Assembly (NCBI GenBank): GCA_002633005.1
Contig: NMRA01000245.1
Span: 544,009-608,008 of the forward strand
Direction of reading: 5' to 3'
Length of the DNA: 64,000 nt
Origin: Phoronis australis
Lineage: Eukaryota > Animalia > Phoronida
Under the pieces are notes generated by a model that was not told where the DNA came from, made no database searches, and saw only the letters and a program-made list of their open reading frames with translations. Positions 11,101-24,507 of the stretch are shown one piece after another (position 1 is the first letter of the stretch; every line of letters starts with the position of its first letter). A program made the position numbers and the translations under genes.

Positions 11101-14100
11101 TGTGAATGAGCCCAACCGAATATTCCTCAACTTACTTTTAGTAATATGGAATGTCATTTTAATAATCCACTCTGGTTTATAGTAAAATAGTCAAAAAACA
11201 CATAAAAACAGCTTAAAAGCAAATTTAAAAAATAACAGTGATCAGTCTGAGTGATAAAAACTGCATCAACAAGTCATCTGAATATCCCTCAAAATGCTTG
11301 TTTTTGGACGGAAGACAGTGCCACCTGCATGGGAATGCACTGATGAGCAGCTGTGACTAGATTCATAGCCATCTCTATCTACCTTATAGGAAGTTCAATA
11401 ACAGTGGCTCTGGGCAAAATTAACTGTTCAGATACCATGATGCCGCTTTCTGAAGAATCAGTCGGAAGCTGATATCACCTAAATCAGCGTTAGCACTTGA
11501 CTGTGTTAAGAAAGTCAGTCGACTTTTTCATATTAATGAAAGCAGAATAATTCAGCACATGAAAGAAGATTCAGAGAGAATAATTTCTAGAGATAAACGT
11601 GGGATGACGCCAAAACACTTGGCTAGTAGATCCACATATTAGGCAAAACTATGTGAAATCATGTGCTAATGTTTTAAATGCCCAGTTAGGAAATCAAATC
11701 ACACTTAAGATGACTAGAATCTAATGAGAATGAACTCAGTACAAATAACTCGAGCGGAGACAATCATGTACGGCTGGAGCTGAGACAATCATGTCCAGCA
11801 AAGGAAGGGTATCCACTTGTAAAACAGTGATTAAAACAATGAGTGATTTACAAGTTCCTCCAACGCTATCAACTTGTGACTTGACAACTAGGATTCTACC
11901 TCAATACTATCAACTTGTGACATCACGGGCAGTGCAGCATTGACAAAAGTGGGGGGCTAAAGCCCCCCCCCAGCCCCGTTGCGGTGCACCACCGATAGAC
12001 CATGGGCGGCACAGCACCCACCCCCTAGACCCCTATGGTGTACCGCCCATGGACATGACAACTAGGATCCTACCTCCAATACCATCAACATGTGACATGA
12101 CAACTAAGGTTCTCCCTTCAAAAATCTGATCCTCTGTTTCAACAATGACTTCAACAACATGTCAATACCTGGGGTCTGTTTCTAGAAAAGTTTATGGGCT
12201 TTTATCTAAAAATCAGTCTAGAGATAGCTTAGCCTAGCTATGGCTGACAACCAGAGAGATTGTCAACAACTTGAAGACAAAAGACAGAATCCACAGTCTC
12301 CACTACTAGGCAGAAGACGTTTTGAGAAATGCAAAAGACGAAAATCTACATGGGTTATTCGTGGTCAGAATTGAGATTTTTAGATTAAGTTAAAAAACAA
12401 CAGCCAATAGTATCTTCAAAAAAAACAGGGCCCTGAGGTGATTACCGGTATATTATAATCACTAAATAATGATGTCAACCGAATGTCAATGCGAGAGGCA
12501 AATCTGGTGCTTTAGAAGGTATAATCGCTTAACTGACTAACTTCCCTCAGCGTCAGTGGATCACACCCAAAATAGGGAATAACAGAATCACGTAGGAAAA
12601 GAAAAAATTAAAAGCACGCTTCCTTATAATGAAACAATGTTTTGTTACAACCAAAGAAAAAATCCACATTTTCTAATGGATACTTTAGCAATAAAATAAG
12701 CTTCAAGTGAAAAATGTTTTTAGCAGAAGAATTTAAGTGTGGTACAGTTTGGATTGCTCATTTTTTAAAATCTCTATTATGGAGATAGGTCTACAGGAAA
12801 CTCTGTCATAGTGGCAAACTCACAGACTTGGATCTGTGTAATGGTTTCACCCTGGGTTTCGTGTCAGTAGCATTTCAGTAAAAAACATCTCAACAACATC
12901 ACAAGACTCACCAGTTGTTAGTCAGAGACCATGAAAGAACGCCATGTTTTGGTTATTAATACAGAATTCCAAACATAACTGGCGGTTTCAAAGAGGCCTG
13001 CATATATATCACAAACTAACATAAATGTGGCCAGAGTGTACAATCTAGCACACATTAACAGACCATAGCAAATATCAAACAGGCCATTATGACTTGGGTT
13101 TTGTTTAGAGAAGTGGCCAAAAGGTGTAAAAGTAGACAGTAATATGTTTGTTGATTAACAGAAAACAAGCAGGTTGTGGTAAATGAGATCTGGTCAACAA
13201 AGCCAAGGTGTTGAACAGAAATCACCGGGTCTGTCAGCCAGAGTTTATTAATACCTACATATTTTGTGCTATTAATTTTCGAATTCAACAAAAAGCATCA
13301 AAAATACGGAAACACAATCTATAATTGAAGAATTTGGAAATTTTAGCTGGTTTCGGACTGAAAATCAAATAAAATAGTTTGACATGGATGTTGAAACAGC
13401 AAATATTTTGCCGTCATACAAGAGATATATTTTGGAATTGAGTTATCAGAATTCTTGACATGTGACAGGTTACTGCAACCCTGTCTCTACCACAAGGACA
13501 AAAACAAGATTTCGGAGAGTGGACTTTTTTAACTACAATACACCATTTACAAATTGGCTAAAACGCTAGCATCTTCTCCAGCACTTTCATTGGGAGAAAA
13601 AACACCACTCATGTGAATGGTTACAAATGTTACTTTTGCAACCATTTTGTTAGTATTTTGAGTTATCCCAAAACTACTAGCATTTTTGCTAGCACTTTTG
13701 TAGCCAGATTGCTCACATCAATAGGCAACATGCACAGAGGTAGGAGGCCTTTTTTATCGTCACGTTAATCAATTTATCGCAGAGTGAAAGTGTATCGAAA
13801 TCAGAGCTTTCGCAAGCCTTTTAGTCAGCGAAACTGCTACCAATGTCACCACTCGTGTGAACCCAGTATCTGCTGGCTATTTTGGGTCACATTACAGAAT
13901 GATTTGAAAACACAAAGTGCGCTGAAACCCGTAGGATATTTTTAAACAGCATATAAGATCAATGACTGAAAATCACCACTGGGACAAACTGTCTTTATTT
14001 CACTGATTGCAACAACACAATTGTCAATGCAGCAACTACTCACTAGTGACCTGTTATTCTATTTCTTTTGATAGAGAGTAAAATGTCTGTGACAAAATGT

Positions 14101-17100
14101 GATGATAAGTATGACAACTTGGCCATTTTAACCCCAGTTGATGACTCCGTGAGGATACTAAACATAAAAAATTCTTGTGGGAAATCAGGCTTCAGAAATT
14201 CTTAGTTCACTTATTTTGGAAAAAAGAATTGCCGAAAAATGTAATTTTCTGTTTTTCAAAGTCTTAGTACCCTTCTGTAAACTGAAACATTGCCAGTCAT
14301 AGTATATCAGCTACAAAGTACAAATAAAGCATACAATGGAGTAAAATTTACGTGACCTTCAGCTTTTAAGAAATTTGGCAAAATCATTTTTCGCCACATT
14401 GTACACTGAATATCAGAGGTGAAAAATTCCCGTAGTTTCAGTTAAATCACAAAAAGGTCAAAAGTTTTGCTTCTTAATTGCGAATACATCCCATAATCAA
14501 GTTTTTAGACATCGTGTTATTCTAACCATATGGCAAGTAATTTTCAAAAATGTTCCAAGCATGCACAGTACATCCTGCACTTTTATTTGAATTTATGTCC
14601 AGCTGACTCTTCCCGTTTCACCAAAAGGCGGCGCTGATCAATTGATGATTTAAAAGGGAATTGGTGCATTTTATGCACAAATTCTGATTGACAATCACCT
14701 CTGGCTGTAAGAACTATGGACAGCTGGAGATGATAAGACAGGCCTTAAGTAACATTAAGAAATGAGTACAAAAATTGTTTGGTATTGATCCCGGATAAGT
14801 TGCCATCTGATACGAAACAAACCATTTCGTAAAACCATAAAGTGATCGATTACAAAAATCTCGTAAACGAAGCAATCACATGCAAGTGACATGGACACGG
14901 ACCTAGACAACAACTAATATTAATCACAATAAAATGCTTTTCTTGTGATAAAAATATCTCAAACATTGTGAACAGCAGAACAAGTGTGCCCGTTTTGTCC
15001 CAAAGGGAGAGTTGAACAAGAAACGTACTTCAACGTCGAGTGCTGTACAGAAAAAAGTTTTCTGAAGATAATATTTAGATTAACAATGATTGTATTGCTC
15101 ATGAATTAAAACAAAGCATGTAATAGTAGAGCAATGCTGATGAGTAAAGTCAAAAAAATCATGTGTACACATGATGTACAAATTGACAAGCGAGTATAAA
15201 AACTGCATCGACCGTTACATCAGAAATGGGAATTCAGTTCCAAAAAACAACAACAACTATGCTCTACACTTGAACAGAACATCAGCACAAAGGATGTTTG
15301 ACGTTTTTGCATAGGCAGAAAAAAAATGTCAATGAAATAACTTGTTAAATAATCAAAAAAAATAATTATTAATAAGTAGGATAAGAAAAATTCTGGTCCC
15401 AAGTTAGAAAGTTTCACTTGTAGTGTGCGTAGTTAGCACAGATTTGAGGACTGATGCCTGACGGTAAGAGACGTACCTCTCCTCAAGCTTAGGAATCATG
15501 TGGATTTCTGATACTACCAAAGTCACAATCACTCACTAGGTCGAACCAAATGAGACCTTTGGACTGGTGATAAAAGCGAGATGAAATACAAGGAGACGTT
15601 GATGCAATAAAAAATTCTTAATCTCCGCAGTTGGAACCCTTATTAAGGTAGGAACTAGATAGAACTTGTCAGATCAGTAGTGCCTTTACAAGAAAAATGC
15701 AAGATGAAACAAATGTGTCCAGGAAACAGTACGACTACTGCTAGTATGCTTCACATCAAAAAATTAAATTGTGTGGAAAGTTTCCAAACAACAACGCAAT
15801 TTTAATTTTAGCAATCATGCCATCTGTTGACAAAACGTCATTTGTGTCTAGTGATTCCCTACATGATGTTGCTGTGACCAGAAATAATGATGAAAGCTGT
15901 CTATTAAAGCATGAAAAATCTTTAAATCATGAGGTCAACTTGCATCGACACAGAAAATTTTGTAAACAAAATGAATGTACTGTTGTTTTATATTGACTGA
16001 CTATAATAGTACATCACATGTTTTCTTTATCCTACTTTTTATAAAATTCTACAAACCATAAGATTTTATGAAAAACAATGTAATGAACTAATTTCCAAAT
16101 AAACTCAATTTGTAATTGGTCATTGACAACCACCAAGAAATCAGCTGTATCCAAGCAACCAGAGAAGAGGCCACCTGTACACTATCACCACCTAGTGGCG
16201 GATATGAATTTTAAACAACTTTTGCAATGTTTCAGGAATGTGACATGATCTGGTAGCAGCAATTATTCTAAAACTATTTCATTAGCTAAAACTCAACGTA
16301 CTTTGTTGGCAGGTATCCTTTTATATTCAAGCTTGAATAATGAACCCATCTTCCTAACCAGTGCTTTGCAATCCTAGCCAAAGCTTATTAAAGGGTCCTT
16401 CGTTTTGCATTTTGAAAACCACTTTTTCCACTGAATAACTGATATCAATCAAACTGGTTCTCAAAATCCAGGACCCCTTTAAGTGACTACTGATGAAAAT
16501 GTTGAGAAAATTTGGAGCGAAAACCAATTGCAGAAGGGAAGCTTAATGTTATGTAAATGGTGAATGACAAAATGGTAGAACCCTATAAAAATGTCCAAAT
16601 TTGGCATCACATCACAGAAATGGTTGATCAGAATCACATGCTAAGCATTGTGCGCTGATCTCTAAAACATTAGGAACTGTTTGAAAATTTTCCATTTTCC
16701 AAGGGGGTGATATAAAAATAACGCTATTACATTTAAAGTTGCATAAAACGAAAATGAAATGATAAGCGTAATAGTGTTTTAGAGACTTTATCTTGGCACA
16801 TTTCTTTCAAATGAAATTTGGTCATGTTATCAATACTGTTGTTTTGGTATAAAGGCAGGTTCGCTTTTGCTAAATTATATTATAAGACAAGGTCACATGA
16901 CCAAATCCATGGCAGATGGGTATAAAGATAAAATCAAAAATTAAATTCTTCTTTCAGAAAACATGACTTGTACTGAGTTAAGTTTATATAGTAGATATTA
17001 GGCTGAATTCCCACATTTGTCGATAGTGTCTGCCATAATGTGAAATTGGAGTTGGTCGTTTCCAACTACAAGCACACGTCAACGTTCAGCCGGCAGGTTA

Positions 17101-17405
17101 TTATACATTACATAAACACAAAGCATGCGCAGACCGGTACCAGAAATTGGCATCATTGCTGGGAAGCTTTCTCCAGGGAGCCAACTTTCATAGTGTCCCA
17201 AAATGAACAATAAAAGGTGAAGTTTAAACACTTCGCAATAAGCAGAATTAGCTCATTAAAATAAATACCTGGGTAATTTGTGTAGCATTTTCAGTTTTTT
17301 TCACAAAAACATGCCATTCCCTGAATGTGCACCATATAGACTACTTTGGGAGATTCCCGTTACAAGCCACCACATAACACCAGTCTACACCACACACAAC
17401 CCTAC

Positions 17406-17517
17406 CTTTGTCCAGCCTGGGAGGGGGTCTGTACTTGTACCCTGTCTGACTCCAGTAGAGTGGGACGGAACCCCGCACCTGGACGAACGACACTGTGTGG
17501 TGACCATGGCAGAGGAT
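17406..17517 (-). CDS. INPP5F: INPP5F exon 9 (last exon found in this window; gene continues leftwards)
   Basis: ILCHGHHTVSFVQVRGSVPLYWSQTGYKYRPPPRLDK, with SAC motif SFVQ.RGSVP..W.Q; GTagg donor, phase 1. Confidence 0.95.
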
Positions 17518-17625
17518 CTGAAGGGGACAACACGGGGAGACAATGACAGAAGATCCCGTCATAAGCATTTGGAATACAATATTTTTCTGGGAATCTTTAA
17601 CAAGACTAAAAGTAAGAGTTGTGTT

Positions 17626-17860
17626 AGGGGAGGCAGTAGAGTCTAGCACGATAGGTGTCCACTTCCATTACTCAAGATCGTGGGTTCGAGTCCCACTGGG
17701 GCCCACTGTTAAACCCTTGAGGCAGGTCCTCATCTTGGTTTTAAGTATATATTTAAAAAAACATAAAAATGGTGCCAGGTGATCAGTGCGATGGACCAAC
17801 CTGAGTAGCCAGCTCAAGTCTGGTACAACGTGCGCCCCACCGCCTGCAATTATTTTTTGT
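17626..17860 (+). mobile_element. tRNA-derived SINE-like element
   Basis: B-box GGTTCGAGTCCC at ~17683 after a degenerate A-box; the 3' body (ccaggtgatcagtgc..tggacc.acctg..accgcctgc) recurs at 57052-57140. Confidence 0.6.
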
Positions 17861-17982
17861 TGTGTTGATCAGCATTAACAAGAAACCATAAAATGTGTTA
17901 TAGGTAGGAAGCTTAATGCTGAGAATATTATAACAGCAATTTCATGTGGTGAGATGAAAATAAACATGATGCAAATGTTACA

Positions 17983-18370
17983 TTAAAGGTATATTTCGCC
18001 CTATTTAGTCAGCTAAAAAACGGAATTGGGACTTTTACTCTCATACAAGAGTGCCAGATTCCTCAATGATAGATCTAAACTTTGTCCCAGAGGTTAGAAA
18101 GCGCTAGCCTCATTTTGAAATATTTTTGAATGGGGTTCCCATTTTTGAATGGGGCATAATTTTCGATTTTCAGGGTTGACCAACAGCAACAAAATGATAA
18201 TTTTTCAATGCGTTTATTGACTTGCTGGGGGTCTGTGCGTGATTCTTGGTAACAGAAAACAAGTCCTATCATGGTAAGGAAAATTTTAAAACCAGTTTAA
18301 TAAGGACAAAAGGCCTATTTAATTTTATGTTTGTTTTTAGCCAGCTAAACAAAACAAATTAGTCTGATTA
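17983..18370. mobile_element. Non-autonomous DNA transposon with TTAA-flanked terminus (Kolobok-like); relative ending at ~58831
   Basis: TTAAaggtatatttcgccctatttagtcagctaaaaaac versus gtttttagccagctaaac at 18333 and gtttttagccagctaaacagggtgaaattcagctTTAA at 58794-58831. Confidence 0.5.
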
Positions 18371-18870
18371 TTATCTAATAAAAAAGCTCTTTAAGGTCAT
18401 GCAAGGACCCTTGAAAAATATCTCAGAAATGGCTGATGGTATTCATATGAAATTCTCAATACCATTCTTTATGCACTGTTCCTATGGGTTGTTAGCAATT
18501 GTTTTTAAAATGGTCTAGTTTTGCATGAGGGGTTTTCAAAAGTAGGACTTTGACGATTTTCATGGAAAATTTTGCATAAATTGAAAACTGTAACACCATT
18601 TCTCAGATTTCGTCTTGAACACTTTTATCAAAATTTGGTCATTGATTCCATTCTTTGCTATCAATGTACCTTTGTTCTTTCTTTGCTAAATTTTACCAAA
18701 ACAGCATGTTCACGTTTACTTACCCATTTAAAGGCAGATTGTTAAAAAGCCAATCACATTCTTCAGGCTTTCCACTTTCACAAAATAATTACACACTTTT
18801 ACCGAGTTAAAATCTAAAGTTTTATAAACATTTGACTAAATGTCAGACATACAGAATAGGTTTTACATAA

Positions 18871-19063
18871 CCTTAAGAATCTTATATCAAACGAACACAG
18901 AAAAATTTGGAACCCCAACTAGGAATCGAACCACAGGTCTCTAGATTGCCGGTCTAGTGCTCTTACCACTGAGCTACTGAGGACCCGATATCTGTGCAAC
19001 TACTGTTTGCAGCCAACTGTCATGTCATACATCCCACGAGTGGCGTTTCGCCTTAAGAATCTT
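18871..19063 (-). mobile_element. Short tRNA-derived element (tRNA-like 18908-18985) flanked by a 13-bp direct repeat CCTTAAGAATCTT
   Basis: Minus strand GGTCCTCAGTAGCTCAGTGGTAAGAGCACTAGACCGGCAATCTAGAGACCTGTGGTTCGATTCCTAGTTGGGGTTCCA: A and B boxes, intact D and anticodon stems, broken T stem. Confidence 0.7.
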
Positions 19064-20060
19064 GATCATTTGCAGCAAAGGCTGTCAGGTATGTTAACAA
19101 AGCTAGTGTGTTTTAGTGCTAGACAATACAATGGCTTCAAAAAACATAAAAATGCAGCAAACTATTACATGAAATTCAGTTTCATGTTCAATTGTAAACA
19201 CAGCAAATCTTTAAAAAGTAACTTCTACACAATATCAAGTATGAGCAATGAGCCAAACTCTACAAAACTACAAAATTTAGCCGAGTGGCAGACAAATCGT
19301 TTGAAAGTGATTTTCTGTCATTAATTTACAATGTCTCTTTAATAAAGCAAAACAGAATTAAGGTACATTAATAGCAAATCAATGGCCTCACAAACAACCA
19401 AATTTCGTTTGACAAAGATGAAATCACGAAAACAGTTTTACAGTTTTCTAGATTATCATTCCGTTCTTGTTTGATGCAATCTCAGATATTTTTCATGGAA
19501 ATCATAAAAGCCCCATAGTCCTTCCTGTAAACCTAGAGCATTTTAAAAACAAATCTATTTCACTTTTGGAGAACAGCACATAGAGTATGTGAAAGTTTCT
19601 TTTGAATCTGACGAGGCACTTCAGAGATTTGATGTTTTGAAGTTGGGCAAACTTGGACACGTTTCCAGGATGTTACAGAACCTTAAAAGCATTTCGTTCT
19701 ACTCGGTTGTCACTTTAAACATATTTAGAGTTCTCAACTGAAAAGCCAAAACCAACAACTGATCTACGATGCACTCACAAGAAGTTGCCATTGCTGTGTC
19801 ATGTGATTGACCTATTTTTAATGGAAGCCCCTGCATGCCATTTTTGACTTACAGGATTGGCAAACCCCAGTAAAATCGAAGATTTTCTGATGCACTTTTA
19901 ACCTGTTGAGGCTTTGTATGGTCTTGGCATTAGAAAACAAGTTCTGTCGTAGTTAGGGGATTTTTGGGGCTAATTATAAGAGTAAAAGATCTTATTCAAT
20001 CTTCACTTTTTAACCAGCTTAACAGAGTGGCACACAGCATGACATTGAGAGACATCCTAC

Positions 20061-20128
20061 CTGCTCAGTTTCCACGTAGTTAGCGCAGTCTCCACTCTCA
20101 TCAACACCTCGACGTTTGTAACGAGTGC
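20061..20128 (-). CDS. INPP5F: INPP5F exon 8
   Basis: (G)TRYKRRGVDESGDCANYVETEQ, the hallmark SAC motif RG.D..G..AN.VETEQ. Confidence 0.95.
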
Positions 20129-21146
20129 CTGCAACAAATCACAGTTACTGTACAACTGACACCTCTTCTCATACAATATAGGAGTTCCTGTTTACCCGAA
20201 TGGTGTGGTTAGTAACCTGGATGGTTGTCAGAGTTGATTGTTTACTAAAGATAGACGTATTGGCAGTATTCAATCTTAGAGCAAATTTCCAAATTCTGAA
20301 TTAAACATTTTAGGATGTTAGCGCATGCCCTACGAATAAAACAGAGTGAACCGAGCCGCATGCAGCGCTCTTCTCCAACGTAAACTTTTTGAGAATTCTC
20401 TCTAGGTAATAGTCACTTACAAGAGTCACGAATGTCAAGAATCAATTTGATGCCAGTTACTTAGCGACTGAAACCAGTTCTAAAAATGCAGGACCCATCT
20501 AAGTGACTACTACAGAACTTGGAGTAAAATAACATGTATGTGTGCATGAACGCGCACACTGGAAGTTCACCATTTTTAATGTTAAAGTAATTATGAGCCT
20601 GCCTTGCATTATAAAAACATAATTTTAACTTCAACCACTTACTGTGGTCTCAAATTGTTCCTTGATCAAATTATCAGCGGTTTGAAAGAACTGATGGCTC
20701 GTTATTGCTCGAGACTCGACTCTACAAGTTGGCTCATGATAATTCGTCATTTTACATGCCTAGCATGGTGGTTACATACTGTCAGTTTTCTTCAAGACTA
20801 GACTAGACTTCTCATTTAAAATAGGAACAAGTTGAGATCGGTTTTATTGTAGTAGTGTTCTAAATTGAAAGTTAAACTTATTGACAGACTGAGGGTTTAT
20901 AGATTCTTCTAAGTAATAATCATCGAGCAGCTCAGATGTTTTCAGATTGAATTTGCTCAGAATCCATCATTACTTGATTTTCTTCCAGGACAAGTATATT
21001 CACTACATTTGGATTCTGATGATCTTCAGAACTTTGTTAGAATATGGCGCCAACAATTTTAGTTTCCAATCAAATTTATCATGAATTAGATATTATTTGT
21101 TTCAACGTTAATCCCGAATAGTAGATTCAGGTTACACGAACCATAC

Positions 21147-21330
21147 CTGCCCTATGACGACTACGACGAGACACAATTGCCATGGTGAACTCTATTGGGG
21201 GTCTCTTGTACTTGAGGTCAAACAGGTCATCCATACTTTTAGTTGATTCTTCATAAATGTCCAAGATACAATTCTCAATCTGCAGGTATCCTTGAATAAC
21301 AGGTACTAGCCAGTGGTCAGCCAGTTTATC
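21147..21330 (-). CDS. INPP5F: INPP5F exon 7
   Basis: DKLADHWLVPVIQGYLQIE...FTMAIVSRRSRHRA(G), with the SAC motif SRRSRHRAG; AG/GT boundaries. Confidence 0.95.
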
Positions 21331-22395
21331 CTACAAGAATAATTTTGTAAGGATACAGACTGTCATCCGATACTGGGTTTATAGTAAAGAGCAACAAAAT
21401 GCCACCAAAAATAATGACATCTACAATGGAGCATATGTGATGTTGAAATGGGGTAAGCATAAACAAAAATCTAACTTGAATGCCATTGACTGCTATCAAA
21501 TTTCTTTCTCAGTACAAGGAGATTGTCTAGACATACCGAATACAAGTTGAAGAACAAGCCAGAATCTGGAATCCTTTTCATGAAATTTACATTTGGTAAC
21601 AAAGATATAACAGGATTTGCTTCTCTTGGAGACCACTGCCAGTGATGTCAGGCAAACAATCTAACAAGTTTCATAAAACTGAACCAGCGAGACTTTCAAA
21701 CACGTGAGCTTCGCCAAAGAGTTCCAGGTGAACCATGAGATTTTTGCCTTGTCAAAGCCTTGTTTACCACTGTGCAGTTTTATAAATTGCTAAAATATTA
21801 TGGTATTAAATCCTCAGTTTGGGACATGATACAGCAGACAGGTAAAATATTATTTTCTCAAATTTCTCAACAAAAATAACTTTTTGGTAAAATTTACTTT
21901 GCTTTTAGTATGGTTTGTATGACATAGCTATAACTAAAGAACATTTGGTAAAATTTTGAGTATTTTCAGCAATATGGTAAACTTCTGAAAAATAGAAATA
22001 AGGCAATTTAAGTAATTATTTTTGTCTCAAATTGAAGATTTTTACTGTACTTGTTGCAAACAGCTGGAGAGTGGGCCAAGTCTAGTACAGGAGTATTCAC
22101 AACCAGGTAACGGCCATCTTTGTCGAAATACACAGAAAATTAACAAAGTCAAAAAAATAACAACAAAAGAAAAAGAAATCGTGGAACACATTCTGAATTA
22201 GCCTAAAATTTAATAACGAAAAATTTTACTGACTTTATGACCAGAAGACATTGATTAGAACAACTTTTACCTGAAACGATACATTGAACTATATTATTCT
22301 ACTGTTTAGATATTCATGTTAGGACATCTCACAGTTCAACTTTTTAATTACTCAATATTTACTACACAATAACTCAATAATCTATGTTTTGTTAC

Positions 22396-22578
22396 CGGTG
22401 AATCACCCAATAGATCAGACAACATGTGTCTGTTCCAAAAGAACCGATCGTCTGCTCGTTTCCATAGAGGCAGTGTGGCGTCGTATCCAGGGATGGCCTG
22501 ACGCTGGATACTGTTGGTCAAGTCAGCAGCTCGCGAGTAGTAAAAGGAGTCGGAGAAGTTGAACATCTTGTGTAACTC
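22396..22578 (-). CDS. INPP5F: INPP5F exon 6 (start of SAC domain)
   Basis: ELHKMFNFSDSFYYSRAADLTNSIQRQ...LWKRADDRFFWNRHMLSDLLGDSP, with SAC-domain motifs FYYS, DLTNS, RFFWN. Confidence 0.95.
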
Positions 22579-22606
22579 CTAGAGGAAACAAAAACGTACA
22601 ATAATC

Positions 22607-22714
22607 GGTAATAGTCAGATATAACGTGCCCACACTCAGAGAACCAGTTTTCATCACTAATTAACAGGCATCAACTGGTTCTAAAAATGTGGGTGTGTTA
22701 TATCAGACTATTGC
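22607..22714. mobile_element. ~105-bp palindromic MITE (GTAATAGTC.GATATA termini); relatives at 632-738, 20405-20512, ~16380-16492, ~55005-55100
   Basis: gtaatagtcagatataac...gttatatcagactattgc inverted termini; shared agaaccagtt/aactggttct core. Confidence 0.65.
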
Positions 22715-24052
22715 CCAATAATCAACATAACGCTCAGAGAATTCAGCAAGAGTTGAGATAAAACTTACTTAGTAGTAGAAAACATCTGATAACAACTAGG
22801 TGTGCAAGCTCGGTTCTACACGAAATTTAATTTATATATTATAAATCAAAACTTCTGAAAGCTTAATGCAGAAATTGTTTACCCATATTGCATAGTCATT
22901 TTGCTCCCTCTGCAGGGGATTGATGTTGACTGGTTATTGTGAAAAATCACGATCAAGTTAAATTTCCCCACCTAAAACACCCGACTGTGTTCACAGACCC
23001 AAGAGGCACACGAAAATGCAAAGTAACGCATAACTTAGTGAGATATCACGGTGCGTTTAAAGCGAAGCGTGTGACTAGGATTGTAGACGCAAGTTTCCAG
23101 TGATGTCAGCAGATGCTTATGAGCAGATGGCCATCAAACAATGCATTTAACAAACAACCACCGGCGCCACTGGTGAGTACGTTTTGCTGACTAACAAGCC
23201 CGTGGATTTATACAGGGATGTCAGATCAAAACCAACCTGGGTACAAGTACACACGCCTTTTCTAACTTTCCAAATACAAGCCATGGGTTTATACCCAAGC
23301 GGATATTACACTAAAGCCTATTTCTATAATACACCAGCAACAAACTACCACTGATAGCAAGCATTATGACAGGCGACAACGGCCAAACTTATAAATTTCT
23401 TCTACTTAGATGCCCTGTTACAAAAGATTTCCGAGGACCACAGAACTTTAACCATATACCCTAAGTGTAAACTAAGGCCCCTGCACTTATATTCAGCAGA
23501 TTTCATTTTTTAAATCACAATTTTTGGTTAAATGTTTTGTTCGCAGACACGTGTGCCTACAAGCTTCACTAACAGGCATGCTTCGTTCAGCAGCGTGTCT
23601 CAAAACTGGTGCTATTAGGTACGACTGTGCCTACAAACATTTCTGGAAATAACTTTGAAATACATGTCAAGATCGGGTATAGAGAACATCGAGCAAAGTG
23701 GCAGAACAGAATGGCACCTAGCAATGCAGTTCCAAAGTGACATCCACTCCACTTATAGAATGAAGTTGGAGAAAAGAAAATATCTGGGAGAACTTGCTCT
23801 CCCAACCAACTCACCACAAAACTAAACATGTTTAATGCCCATGTTATGCCCACCTCGTAGAGACACCTGTTGATTTAAAACTGGGTGTTTTAAAGTCAAA
23901 TATCATTCACATGCATCTACACTAGTCTTACTGCTTGGTTATACTCATTACTTGAACATCGGCATACAACATGAATTTAGGCCCGTAGGTCTAAATGGAT
24001 GCAAATACAACAATGAGTTGACGACACATAAAACGCCGAGAGATTAGCTTAC

Positions 24053-24097
24053 ATCCAAAATTCTCTTCTCAAACTTTTCTTTGTCTTTAGGATCTCC
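24053..24097 (-). CDS. INPP5F: INPP5F exon 5 (45-nt mini-exon)
   Basis: ttttttctAG...GTaagc; GDPKDKEKFEKRILD, compare human KEKEKLERRLLE; phase 0-0. Confidence 0.88.
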
Positions 24098-24507
24098 CTA
24101 GAAAAAAAAACATAATATATGAATTTGCAGGCCACAGGGCATATTGTTGAATTCAAATAATGTACTTTCAGATGCCATTTCATTTTCAAAATGCTATTAG
24201 AAAGTATTCCATTTAGGCATGAGGTTTAGGAGACACAACTGTGAAAGAGAAAAAAACAAAACAGCCGTTAGTAGGTGCCACAGGAGTCGGAGACATACAA
24301 AAACCATCGTCAGCTATGCTCTTGCCAACAGGATCACATACACAAATTTTCATAATAATGCTTAGAGTGGTTTGTTGGATAAAGAAGTAGACACCAAAAA
24401 ATAGATTCAAATATGGCTACTCGATGGCATCCAGCACATCAAATCTATCTGAAGATGGAAATGTGTCATTGCCTCTTTAATAGAAAACTATTTGCCAAAT
24501 TTCATGA

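Noticed and set aside
18908-18985. Functional tRNA-Ala(GGC) gene
   Set aside because: T stem mispaired, C at position 33, GGC anticodon atypical for eukaryotes, embedded in a direct-repeat-flanked unit
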